This document shows, piece after piece, positions 52,076 to 64,000 of a stretch of 64,000 nt of DNA. The notes beneath the pieces were generated by a model. The model was not told the DNA's origin. It saw only the letters and a list, made by a program, of their open reading frames with translations, and did no database searches. A program made the translations under genes and the position numbers. Each line of letters begins with the position of its first letter. Positions within the stretch are counted from its first letter, which is position 1. This DNA is from Octopus sinensis. Lineage: Eukaryota. The stretch is taken from positions 18,798,464-18,862,463 of the forward strand of contig NC_043011.1 in NCBI RefSeq assembly GCF_006345805.1, given 5' to 3'.

Positions 52076-53399
52076 CTAGATAGAGGGAAAATATAAATGA
52101 ATCCAACAAGATCACATCTTACTCCTCATTAATTACTTAACGTTAAAAGATTGTCTGGTAAAGGAAATTTAGTATCTGATTGACTCTCTATCATGATGAT
52201 TTTCTCTCACCTAAGTAGAGTACAATTTAGCGATCATTAACGTCAATAAATTAAATTTTACAAAAAATTATATAAAGTTTGCATATTGTTTACCCATTGA
52301 CAAATGAGAATTGTATGAAAAAGTACCCGTCTCTAGTAAAAAATTAACGTTCCAAATATTTCTCCTGCTACCGTCATTTTTGTCTGGAGAGGTGCCATAT
52401 AAGCAGCATGTTAAATTGGTTTTGACTCTGATACAAGTGTAATGAGAGGAAAATCAGCTCCATTTTGTGCATGGGCAACTTCAATTGACACGAGTTGTCT
52501 CGCTGTCATAGACAATATAAGCATGATTATAGAAATCTATTTCCACTTTGAAAACTGACAGATCCATTAGACGAATTAATAATCAAGAATCTATTATCAT
52601 GTAAGGATAACGAACAAATATTCTAATATTTATTCATGTGAAAATTTAATTTAATTGCTGGAATATTTTATGTGCATGCGCTTGGATTTGTAAATGGGGT
52701 TCGGTGCCAAGTATTTTGCAATATAAATGGCAGACAAAAAATCGAAAGTAAAAATATATAGAAATGTTCATCTGAAAAGATAGAGAAGTTAGATAAAATC
52801 CAGAAATGAGATGGAATTTGAAATACAAAAAATATTGTGTAAATTGATTATAATTACGGAAACAGTATCATAATAAATTTTAGAGAAGATTTATAAATGA
52901 AACTACGCTAAAGCTAAGAACGTAAGGAACCGCAATAGTTCAGTGTCAAAAAATAGCACACAATGGTTTAAATTGGAAGAAAAAAAGAGGGAAACAACTC
53001 AAGATTTTCGTGTCAAAACAGCAGATTTTGCTCTTCAACTAAAGCACTATTGGCGACACCGGACCAAATGCGTCTGATATACATAAATAAACACAAAAAC
53101 CCATAACCACACACACGCATATGTACATGCATGAAGACATACATTTATGTGTGTCTGTCTCCCTGTGTGCGTGTATGTATGTATGTTTGTATTATGTACG
53201 TACGTATGTATTTATGTATCAGGTCATAAGAAATGAAATGTCCGATTTTTTATGCAACAAGTCAGACAGTCTGTAACGATTCTTTGTTTTAGAACATGGA
53301 AGAGATATATTACTCTTCGTATTGCAATTCAAGTTGTCTCATTTTCTTGTTAGTTTTCCCTTGTAAATCATACGGCATAAAAGCAAACTATATTTGCAT

Positions 53400-53990
53400 T
53401 GTATTTTTACGCGTGCTGAAAACTGGATTGTTGGCAACAATAGCAAGTTGGATAGAGATGAAGTGCCAAAAGACAATCCACTAGAGTGTATTCACAAAAA
53501 AAAAACGCTAATCATGTTTGTTCAGTGGTCCAGCACTGGTGTCATCTACTACAGCTTTATGAGACCTGTTAAGTAAAGTACAACGGATGTATACATCAAA
53601 CAACTGGATGAAATGATGAGTGAACTTGCAATTAAACAACCGAGATTCGTCAATAGAACAGCCCAATTTTCCTGCAAGACAATTCTCGACCATATGTTGC
53701 ACAAAGAACGCTACTCAAGTTACAAGAAGTAAACTTGGAAGTAGTCTGTCATCCATCATATTCAACAGACTGTGCACCAACTGATTACCAGGTATTAGAC
53801 AACTTCTTGCAAGGAAAAAACTTTAACTGTGAAGGAGATGCAAAAACAGCTTTTCGTGATTTCCTCATATTTTGCTCTCCAGAAATATTTGCTGGCAGCA
53901 AATTATGTTGATAATTTATGTGCATATTTTGATTAACGGAAGTTAATAAAGATTCAGTTCAGAATTGGACTTTACATTCTTAATGAACCG
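53400..53990 (+). mobile_element. mariner transposase catalytic-domain remnant
   Basis: AENWIVGNN..LDRDEVPK...WSSTGVIYYSF...LQDNSRPYVAQRTL...HPSYSTDCAPTDYQ with stops and frameshift. Confidence 0.85.
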
Positions 53991-56269
53991 ATATGTATGC
54001 ATGCATGTATGTATGTATAAATACATGTATGTATGTGTGTGTGTGCACTTGTCTTCTACTGTCAGTGTATACGAAACTTAGTTGTTAAGCCATATCTTCA
54101 AATATTTTTAGTGTTATAATCATGTTCATGGTGAATAAAATGTTATCTAAAATGAATCATTATACAACAAAGATGTTACGCTGTTGTTCTATTCCTTTCT
54201 CCTTATATAATATTTTCGTTGACTGCGGTAATGTAACATGACCTGCTGTGCGTTTAAATATATTTTACTGCAGGTTTATGGACGGAGGACATGGTTTATC
54301 ACAAAGATATCGAATAACGTAACTTGAAGGGAATTTAGAAGTTGTTCCTTTAAAATAATTCAGTAAATCAAAGAATATTATTTCTCCAATTGACACTTGT
54401 TTAAGTTTTTTGACATTTTTGTTCGTTTTTTATTTATGCTCCTCCATCTAGAGACACAGAAAAGGTTGAAAAATATTACCGTTATCAGTAAAATTAAATA
54501 AACATGTATAATAGATTTTTATTGAAAACTACACAAATGTTTGGTATGGCATTAAGGATATGATAATACTTTTATTGAATAATCAACAATGGGAAATATA
54601 AAAAAAATAAATATATCTCGTGAGAATTTTGCTAATAATGTCTAAAGATAAAAGAATTAATGTAGTCAGCTATGTAAAAAATAGAGGAGGAATTGTAACA
54701 GCATATAATCTGGGAGAATTAAAATGGTTTATTTATTCCTTAGGGGTAACAAAACACTAAAAATAAATAACTTTCTAAGTCTTTTAAAATATTTTGATTA
54801 TAAATTAAGCTATGAATATGGGAAACAAACAAATGAGAAACAATATTTCTGTTTTTAAATATCAACGTAATCGGATTAAAACAGTATTTTTTCTCTCCTC
54901 CCACGGATGAAAACCTTCAGCCATAAAATTTTCCAAATAGCAAGAGATTTCCATTTATTTTATAAACATTTATTGAATCTGTAAAAAGAAAATTTCGGAT
55001 AAGGAAAGAGGAGACGTACAATACTAAATAAGCAATCACAAACTCTGAAACAAAATTTTATAAAAACGCATTTTCACACGCGGGCATAAAAGCATTTCAT
55101 ATTTCTTTAGGTATATAACGGGGTATATAACAAGTGATATTCCTAAGAGCAAATAAAATTAAAAAGAAATATCTAGTTTTATTTTAAATAAAATGGTCAT
55201 TAAAAGTGACTACCATTCTGTAGAGCAAGAAATATTTTTTATCGTTTGCATGCCTCATTTTGTTTTCTCTGATAGTTTTTAACAATTAAAAAAATATGTG
55301 TAGCATGAAGTAGAGTGAGAATAAAAGGGAGAGAGAAAGAAATCATAATACATGGTGGACTTTATATTATTCTCATACAATGATCAATATGCATACACAT
55401 TCGTTATTGAAATATATATATACATCGATCATTTAAATCTATTACAGGACAATTATTTCAACTGAACCAAAACGATAAAATATATCTGAAAGCATTTGTT
55501 AATAACTAGTAGTAAACGCTGCAGAGGGTTGGTAGTTTTAAATTACCAATAATGTTATGCACAACATAAGATTATACGATTATAAATGTATCATATTTTT
55601 TTTTATATTTAGCAGAATATACAGCAAAAATTATTCCAAGTTGACAATAAAAATATTAATAGTAAATTCAATATTATATAATATTATATAATAGTAAATT
55701 CAATATAATATCCTATTGCTTGTATAAACTAAAAATAATGCTAAAATGACTGCAGTAAGCTTCAAATCTTGAGATTTGTAATATACATCTAATTAAAGAA
55801 AACCAAAAGGTGAGTTCATGTCTAGATCTATTTGTAACTGAAATTATTGACAACATCCGGATATAAATAATTTCAAAATGAATAGTCAATATTCGGCCAT
55901 TCTTTATTATTTTTTCTTCTTGTCAGATGACATAGTTGCAATTATGTGTGGCAAGTCCAAGATCTACGAAATATATTATCTCTGTAGACCACAGTCAGCG
56001 TGTTCGTTCTAAAAATTTCGATACAATAACAGAAATTTAACAAATGTTTCTCTGACGAAGAACAATAAAAGAAGTGCTACTTCTGAACAGCATTCATATA
56101 ATGCAACTCTCAAACGCATCTAAGTAGTCCTATCTATCAACACCTAAACCGATCCCGAGGTTTTAAATGATATTTCAGTTAATTTGAGAGAGGTTGTGTC
56201 GACTTTTTTCTCCATCACACGCCGCTCTTCGTGAATTTCCTTTAATATTCGTGCGAAATTAGGGTGGCA

Positions 56270-56440
56270 TTTCATCTGTTCTGAGTTCAACTTCCACCGA
56301 GGTCAGTTTTGCCTTTCGTTCTTTGAGGTCGAGAAAATACGTACCACTTGAAAAGAAGGGTTGATGTAATTGAATTTGCCCCCCCCCCTTGAACTGCTGG
56401 CCTTGTGTCACAATTTGGGACCTGCATTCAATTCTACCCG
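56270..56440 (+). mobile_element. SINE family B, degenerate
   Basis: GTTCTGAGTTCAACTTCCACCGAGGTCAGTTTTGCCTTTCGTTCTTTGAGGTCGAG. Confidence 0.65.
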
Positions 56441-56514
56441 GAAAGGTTTCTCTCCGTAGTTTTCCGCTTTCGAGTTTAATCAATAATATTTTTGTCTTAT
56501 CCCTTAGGTTATAT

Positions 56515-56750
56515 AAACTGATATACAAAGATTTTCTGAAAGGAAACATCAAATGGAGCGGCATTAACCCAGGCGAATTTGAAACCCTGCTGCAGACAGA
56601 TCAGCGTAAAAGTTTCTCGCGTCACGAGCAGCAACTGCCATCTAAGATGACCGGTGACACCGTCTCGATGATGCAGTCCAGTCAACAGACTATCATCGCT
56701 GTGACACTTATGAGAATACAGACTTTGTAAACATCGGTCAACATCAGTGG
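56515..56750 (+). mobile_element. RTE-like LINE 3' end fragment
   Basis: YKDFLKGNIKWSGINPGEFETL followed after a frameshift by AADRSA, resembling RYKDxLKxxLKxxxIxPxxWETLAxDRxxW. Confidence 0.6.
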
Positions 56751-56787
<37 letters not shown>

Positions 56788-56818
56788 GTATAAATTATGT
56801 GTATATATATACATATAT

Positions 56819-56865
<47 letters not shown>

Positions 56866-56893
56866 CATACATACATACATATATATATACATG

Positions 56894-56933
<40 letters not shown>

Positions 56934-58269
56934 CATACATACATACATACATACAACCTTATGTACATACATACGTACATCACTTTTTCCATCTTTCTGA
57001 ATGCATACTCTACAATAACGGAAGTATAATCAATTGTTTCTAGCTTCATATTCCTCCTACGCCGTTACGAGTGATGCAGCAACTCCCTCCTTTATTATCC
57101 TTAATTGACTGCTGCAATCACTGACTCCACCTATTTACAGAATTGCCACTGTCTATGCTTTTATTAGATTATTTCGTCGGTAAATTAAAAGCGCCCCATT
57201 TCCTCCCACCCTATCACAAATGGCGAACTAATTCCACTGAAATACAAGACTGTTCTTGGACATTTCGATTGATAAATTTCAAGAAAAAGCTTTTACCATA
57301 TCCTTGTTTATGAAGAAAATTATAAGGATCTGGGATACTCTCAAGCCATGTGCAGCACACGACTGAAGTATTCAAAGTTATTTGAGAAATGTCACAGGAA
57401 GATACCCAAATTGTCTCTCATAACATACCACAGTTGTTCCAGGAAAACGTAAATGAACGGGCCTGTTTCAAACTTTGCAGCTTGAAATTATCGTGGTGAC
57501 ATTATATGGGAATCATTTAGCATAGATTTATGGTCTCCATATGAAGTTTTCACATAGTTTATAATGTGTCACTGCTCATTATTTGTTTGTGGTTGTTTCT
57601 TTAACATTACAACTCCACAAAGCACTAAGGCAGTGTCAAATTTGTGAATGCAGCATTATTGCATTTATCAGAAATTCTACTGAATCTGACCTCCCAAATT
57701 ACAGAATTTCTTCCTAACACAGCTGTTATATGATAATAATTTTCGGTCTAGCGCATTCTAGCGTCATTGCACGGTGAGTGCATATCAACGACAATCATTT
57801 CGGCATTTTCCCCTTGCTCATGGATCGTTGTTTCCTTAATTTTAAAATACATAAGCCTTTTCAGTATCTGAGCAAAATATTACATTTCAATTTTGACTAA
57901 AGCCATTTATTTGCGATACTTTTACTTCTAAGCAAAACAAGGTCGTTACCATTACATCATTCCTTAGTTATTCGATTAAGCAGAAATAAATTCAATTTAA
58001 AAATCAGATTTCAATTTGTGTTGCTATATAGACATAGCATTAAATTTGGCACTATGTGCATAAAAGTAAGAGTGATATACTGATTTTGAATTTTGTAATC
58101 GCATGACTACGCAATGTACTCATACCCATTTTGGTACCCATTCCGGTAGCTTAGCTCCAGTATAATTGGTTATGCTTCCTTGGGGTAACTGAATGTCAAG
58201 ATTCATTTGCAAATAACAAGGAAGAAAATGAGCGACAACACTAAATGATATTGCTGTAGTCACAAATGA

Positions 58270-58620
58270 GAGCCTTCTATCTTGGACTACGGCAATGCTG
58301 GGGCACCGCTTTAAATGGTCACTCAAACAAATTGACCCCAGTACATATTTTTAAGTCTGGTGCTTATTTTATTTGCTTCTGAGTTACGGTGACATAAACT
58401 GGCACTAGATGCCGAGCCACATTTCGGAACACAGACAAACACATATATACACGTACACACATAGATACATATACATACACACACGTACATGAACACTCAC
58501 ATATGTTTATATGTATAGATACAATGGAGTCCTTGATCGGCGCAGGGCTATAATGCAGATATTGGCGAAGATGCCGTGCAATGTTATTAAATATAATACT
58601 TCTTGGTTAGAAAGCAATCG
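58270..58620 (-). mobile_element. SINE family A, highly degenerate
   Basis: GCAATGCTGGGGCACCGCTTT...AAATTGACCCCAG and CGCAGGGCTATAATGCAGA...GATGCCGTGCA resemble both halves of family A. Confidence 0.5.
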
Positions 58621-58900
58621 TCTTTAGACCCAAACCTGCGTGCCTACCTATTTTTGTATAAGAATATAAGACATATGTAGATCAATAATTTGCAGGTTTT
58701 CCTCTGCTTTAATTTGTGCTTTCTATAAAAATATAATTACGCTGGAAATTATAAATTGGTTTTACCTTGTCGTTTATCTATAATAAATGCACAAGAAAAA
58801 ATTGAAATATAAATATTTATTAGATTGCCCTGAAAGAAAGGTTACCAACAAGCAGATGTAAGAAGTTATGAACACTCACAGGGAAAATATAATATTTATT

Positions 58901-59289
58901 GGATCTTTTCGGTTTAAACGGCAGTTTTTCTAGCGGTGTCATATGAAATTGTCACCCATAATTATGACCCTAGTTTTAGGGTTTTAGGGTTAGGGGTGGG
59001 GGGAAGGGTATATTTTTTCTTCACAAATGTAAATAAACCCAATCTGTTTCTTAAACGAAGGACATATTCATACGGCACAGCAGGTTTTTTACCTCAATAG
59101 ACGTCAGTGATCGGTTGAAATTGCAGATATTGAAGCAAAATACAACAAATATCTTACAAACTATAGAATGTTCTCAATAAAGCCAAGAGAAAAAGATGTT
59201 TTATAAACACATTCTACCAGTATACGAAGTTTAAATTTTTTTAGTTACCTAGAAATTATGTTAAAAACAGCCGTTCAAACAGAAGATCC
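58901..59289. mobile_element. MITE-like element with imperfect TIRs and an internal telomere-like motif
   Basis: Left GGATCTTTTCGGTTTAAACGGCAGTTTTT; right reverse complement GGATCTTCTGTTTGAACGGCTGTTTTT; TATT on both flanks; internal TTTTAGGGTTTTAGGGTTAGGGG. Confidence 0.75.
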
Positions 59290-61601
59290 TATTTATTCAA
59301 TAATAATAACTTAGTAGAAAACATTATATATCTAATAAGAGTTATGACTATACTTGAGATTAATGGATCTTTCCTCATAATTGCTTTGTTGACTGTATGT
59401 ATTTAAACTGGACACCAAATAATATGACATAGAGGTTAACAAGTAGATATAGAATGAATGTATTTACGTATATGGGTGGGTGTCTCTATCCTGTTTGAAA
59501 CAAAATTTTACACATTCCTCTCTTTTTCTCGTACAATTTAATGATGTCAAGTATCAGCTGTTCTCTTCATATTGCACAAAACAGAGAATAAGTATTATTT
59601 TTCCCTGTGAATGCTCATAATTTGTAACATCAATTTGTCGTTAAACTTTCTGTCAAGGCATGCCAATGACTTAATTTCCCGTCTTGCCATCGTAATATAC
59701 TCAAGAAGTAATAAACCTCACAACTGAATATTAGGTTTTGTGTATTTCCTCTGCTTCCGCTTCTAAATTGTGTAAAAGTTTTCTGTTTCTAATCAAATTG
59801 AGTAATGATATATAAGCTTACTTGTGTGTGCGTGTGTATGTGTGTGCGTGCATGTGCGTGTGTCCATCCCTCGTATGTGAATCTGCAATATTTTTCTACT
59901 GTTGTTTTTGTTTGACGCTCCGTCTCTTTCTGTCCCTTTCTAATGAGAAATTTTCTAGCTTTAATATGGAAATATACATTCTTTAAGACACCGATCATTT
60001 ACACATGTATATATCTCTGCTTGAACAAAGCCCAACTAGAAGCATATTTTTAAAATGTATTAATCCTAGGTACATTTTAACACTCTATCATAGTCATCAT
60101 ATAATTTAATTCACAATTTACTTTTATCAATGTTTGCAACAATTAATAGATATGTGTCATCTTAAATGAATAGAAATATTGATTGCTGGAAGTCAAGGAA
60201 ATTGCTGCGTATCTGCATGTTGAATACCTTTTAATTTAATTTGTTCCTAACCACGTGTCTGCAAATAAATTTGTTTGATAGTTGTCCTCAATTTCATTTC
60301 ACAGTTGTCAATCATTTTTTCATTCTATACAATAGCAGCTAAAATCCCTATAAATGGTTCCTTAAACTAAAATACGAATATACCTTTATGCTATAAACTA
60401 AGTAAAAATAAATGGATAACAAAATATATATTTTATAATATAAATACTATCAGTATAATTAGATGATCTAGAAATGCAATAACTAATAATGCAGTCTTGT
60501 TGCTTTTGTTGTCCATCTTACCGTTAGATGTTAACTCGTGTCATTTTGCCTCTTTAGAAGAGCTTCCAATATGCAAGCCTTTGGAAAGAAATTTGGCTTA
60601 TGGATATCTTATGAGTAGTGGCATTGTCACTGGTGTTACCTGCCCTATATTAAGCGCATTGTACACTCAATCAGTATTATACCAATCACGAACAGTCTCA
60701 CCTTTCTCTATTCCCAGAATATTTTTAGAACTGCATGTATTGTAAGATCATTTTATTGCATAGAGGTTGCCAAATCTGCACTTCATGGTACACGTGTGTT
60801 TTCCAATGTTCATATACGTAACAGTATTATTCGATTATTCCTCATTGTGAAATATACAAAGCAAATTAAGGTTAAACATCTCTGAAAATTTTGCACAAAC
60901 TAGATGAACTATTATAACAAGTAAAAAAAAAGCAATCACTCTAGCGTTAACATATTCCCAAAACGCTTATGAAATAGACATTAAACACACTTTGACCAGT
61001 AGATAATATGGAAACAGACATAATTGGGGAGGTAAGATTTATCAGTTAATGAAAGGGAGTAATTGAAAGGTAGAGCTCTAGATATATGGTGAGCCATTAC
61101 GAATAGATTCTTGGTTTGCTCACTGCCAACAAAATTAGCCCAAATAAATATTTACTATAATTTATGTTTACGCCTAAGATGTTTAGTTTATATTTGTGCG
61201 CATGGGGAATTATTGAACATTTGCATAGCAAAACACAGGAGCTTATTTTGAAAATAATAATCGGTAGTGTTAAAAAAATTACATGTGCGCTTACCATGCT
61301 TAAACACAACACATGCTTGCACAATTTTATAACCTTAAAAATAGATAAAGACACATCTTTATTATAAACATGTTGTGACAGGCACACCTAAATGCATACC
61401 CGCATTCACTGAACATTGAAGAAGCAAATATATTCATACGTGCGCACGCTTCTACACAAAGTGTAAACGCCACCTTATTTATATTTCAGAAACGGATATT
61501 CCAAAACGAAAAATTACAGATATTAACATATTTCCTACACTACGCACATGCATACATTTCCTGAAATTCTCAAGAACGCACACACTTACACACACACACA
61601 C

Positions 61602-61644
<43 letters not shown>

Positions 61645-62385
61645 TGCGTGTTTGTGTGTTTGTACTTGTAATCAATATAGAGTGCGGAATGATATACTAA
61701 CTGCATCAATATATGCACATACACACACACACATGTTAACCCTACCATACATATGTATACTAATCTATATATGTGTTTTATTGCGTACATGCCCTTGTAT
61801 ATAAGTATATATTTTCCTATATATGTCTCGTTCTGCATTTGTTGAAAACCACACAAGATTATGCAGCTTCCATATATAAATCGACTTTTATGTAAAATAT
61901 TTCCACATATTCTAATTTATGAAAATACATTCAATTGGTATATATGAATTTATTGCTCTGAAATACGTATGGCATTTAAATCGCAATGAAAATTTTCCCT
62001 CATCTTCAAATGGATTAATAAATTTTAATTCATATACAGTATTTCATATGTATGTTTCCGTAAATAGTAGCAGAATATGTGAAATGGAATATGTAATTTG
62101 TAATTTCTGCACACCAAATAAAATTGTAATGTGAATTCAATATTATCCAAACTAAAAAGAAAACTGTAAATACATTTGAAGTAATTATAGATATTTTGAA
62201 TAGATTCTATTTGCTTGTCATTCTTGTGCATATATTACTGCTCTATTATTTTCAGTCACTTAATATTCTATATAATTAATACACGTATCAGTGTTATTAA
62301 ATCTTGTATTACTATGTGTATAAGGGAAATGTAATATCAGAATTAAAAGACACCGAAAAATATTTCGTTATAGCAGAAGTCGCTA

Positions 62386-63500
62386 TCATGTTAGCCAACC
62401 AAACAGAAGGCATAAAGGCATTTCTTCGTCATTTGTGGAGGGGGCACCATACATTGTCATTGTCTTTCGGGTAGTGCGATCGAGTTGGTTAATCTCCGCT
62501 TGTGTCCATTTCAGGACGAGTGCACTATAAGGAACAGCTGCAACAGCCCTTATCTCGATGGCCGTCACAAGGCTCCTTGAGCTGTGTTTTGATTTTAAGA
62601 GAAATTTTCGGCGCTTGAAATATGCGGTGACGGCTTTTGCTTTCCTTTTTTTATGCAAGATATTGTCCAGCTCCAAGTTTCCGAGGTACTTGTAACTATC
62701 ATCATCCGGGTCGTCTATTTTCTCTCCGTTTGCCAATTCTATGTCCGTAAAGTTTACTCTCTTCTCCCCGCTTCAAAGTAAGCACTGCACACTTCGAGAT
62801 AACGAAGTCCATCCCCATATCCTTGCTACATAGTTGCACAGTCTCAACCAGCCTCTCCGTTTCAGGCTCTGATTTGCGGACAGTTTTAAATCATCCTTGA
62901 AGAGAAGGTGTTTGAGACGAGGTCCATTCTTCCTCAACTCATAGTGTACATTGACTTGCATAGGAGTACAGAAAGGAGGATCAAGGCTATAACACATAAC
63001 AGTGGTGAACAGCAATATCATTGGAAGATACCTCCTTTGAAGGTTACCTTGTCTAAGAGCTGATTGTTACAGGAAAGACGTGTTTTCCAACCAGGCATGC
63101 TAATCTTAATCGGTGCACACACACGTTCTAGGCCATTCCACACATGTTGAGTGTTTCCCACATCCACAAATGCCGAAACATGCCGTAACATTTTTTTTCA
63201 AGAGTATCCAGGCCAAGTTTTTTTTTGATACCGTTTACAGTTCTTCGTTATAACCTTGTCTATCACAAGGTGGTCCTTGGTGCCCTTAGATCCTTCTCAG
63301 CATCCCTTTTCTTCTACTGGCAGTTGATTATTTTCTGCAAGGAAAGTATATATTTTCCCTGCAGGGAGATACCTCTGAATACTTTCCATTGAAGGTTAAG
63401 AGAAGCAATGGGTCGGTATTTGCCATCCTCATTGCCCTTTGACTGAACATTCATCAATAATGTTGTTTTCCCCCTCTACCATCCACTCCAGAACTACACC
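62386..63500 (-). mobile_element. R4/Dong-like reverse transcriptase remnant (decayed)
   Basis: GKTTLL...KGNEDGKYRPIA, KGTKDHLVIDK, LKHLLFKDDLKL (YMDD-equivalent), SYKYLG, LKWTQAEINQLDRTTRKTMTMYG across frames. Confidence 0.9.
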
Positions 63501-63534
63501 GCTCTTTAGGCAATTACTCACATTTTACTCTCTT

Positions 63535-63932
63535 TTACTTGTTTCAGTCATTTGACTGTGGGCATGCTGGAGCACTGCTTTTAGTCGAGCAAATCGACCC
63601 CAGGACTTATTCTTTGTAAGCCTAGTACTTATTCTATCGGTCTCTTTTTGTCGATCCGCTAAGTACGGGGACGTAAACACACCTGAATCTGTTGTCAAGC
63701 GATGTGTCCATCATTGTCAAGCACAGACAGCCAAACATATACACACACACATACATTTAAATATACATTTATACGACGGGCTTCTTTCAGTTTCCGTCTA
63801 CCAAATCCACTCACAAGACTTTGGTTGGCCCGAGCCTATAGTAGAAGACGATTCCCCAAGGTGCTACGCATTAGAACGGAACCCGGTACCATGTAGTTCG
63901 TAAGCAAGCTACTTACCACACAGCCACTCCTG
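63535..63932 (-). mobile_element. SINE family A, full length
   Basis: Head GGAGTGGCTGTGTGGTAAGTAGCTTG...GGTTCCGTTC with A/B-box-like motifs, short internal (CA)(TA) tract, conserved tail. Confidence 0.85.
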
Positions 63933-64000
63933 TTGTTTAATTACACTTTTTCATTCAACCCTTTCGTTACCAACCCGGCCAAAACCGGCTCTGGCTTTGT

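Noticed and set aside
52000-52079. Plus-strand KTLDYDRAFAAQLTSEIGDGLG, spaced like the cadherin LDYE...DGxG motif
   Set aside because: Isolated, no other cadherin motifs, immediate stop, and it overlaps a better-supported minus-strand microexon candidate
58975-59003. Interstitial telomere or chromosome fusion site
   Set aside because: Only about three imperfect units, and they lie inside a TIR-bounded element

Overview
AT-rich, repeat-dominated eukaryotic genomic DNA, most likely intronic or intergenic. The SINE families and dense (TA)n/(AAT)n/(CA)n microsatellites look cephalopod (Octopus-like); this is inferred from memory, not a database result. No intact protein-coding gene is recognisable, and most ORFs in the track are microsatellite translations. 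Recognisable content: decayed Tc1/mariner transposons, one with intact IR/DR termini; R4/Dong-like, RTE-like and CR1/L2-like LINE fragments; two tRNA-headed SINE families; a TIR-bounded MITE; and a 5'-truncated Penelope-like element (RT + GIY-YIG). There are also two near-identical tandem duplications bounded by microsatellites. The most striking unannotated signal is about 11 minimal type I hammerhead-ribozyme-like motifs from several unrelated short repeats, most sitting next to (TA)n tracts. They include catalytic-core variants (a compensatory U3-A8 core in the Penelope terminus, a C4 core) and a palindrome carrying one hammerhead on each strand. Hammerheads in Penelope termini are a known phenomenon, but this density, diversity and fold-back architecture merit testing. 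A few weak splice-site-bounded exon candidates, including a 30-nt minus-strand microexon, suggest the window may lie inside a large host gene. Boundaries of decayed repeats were read by eye and are approximate.
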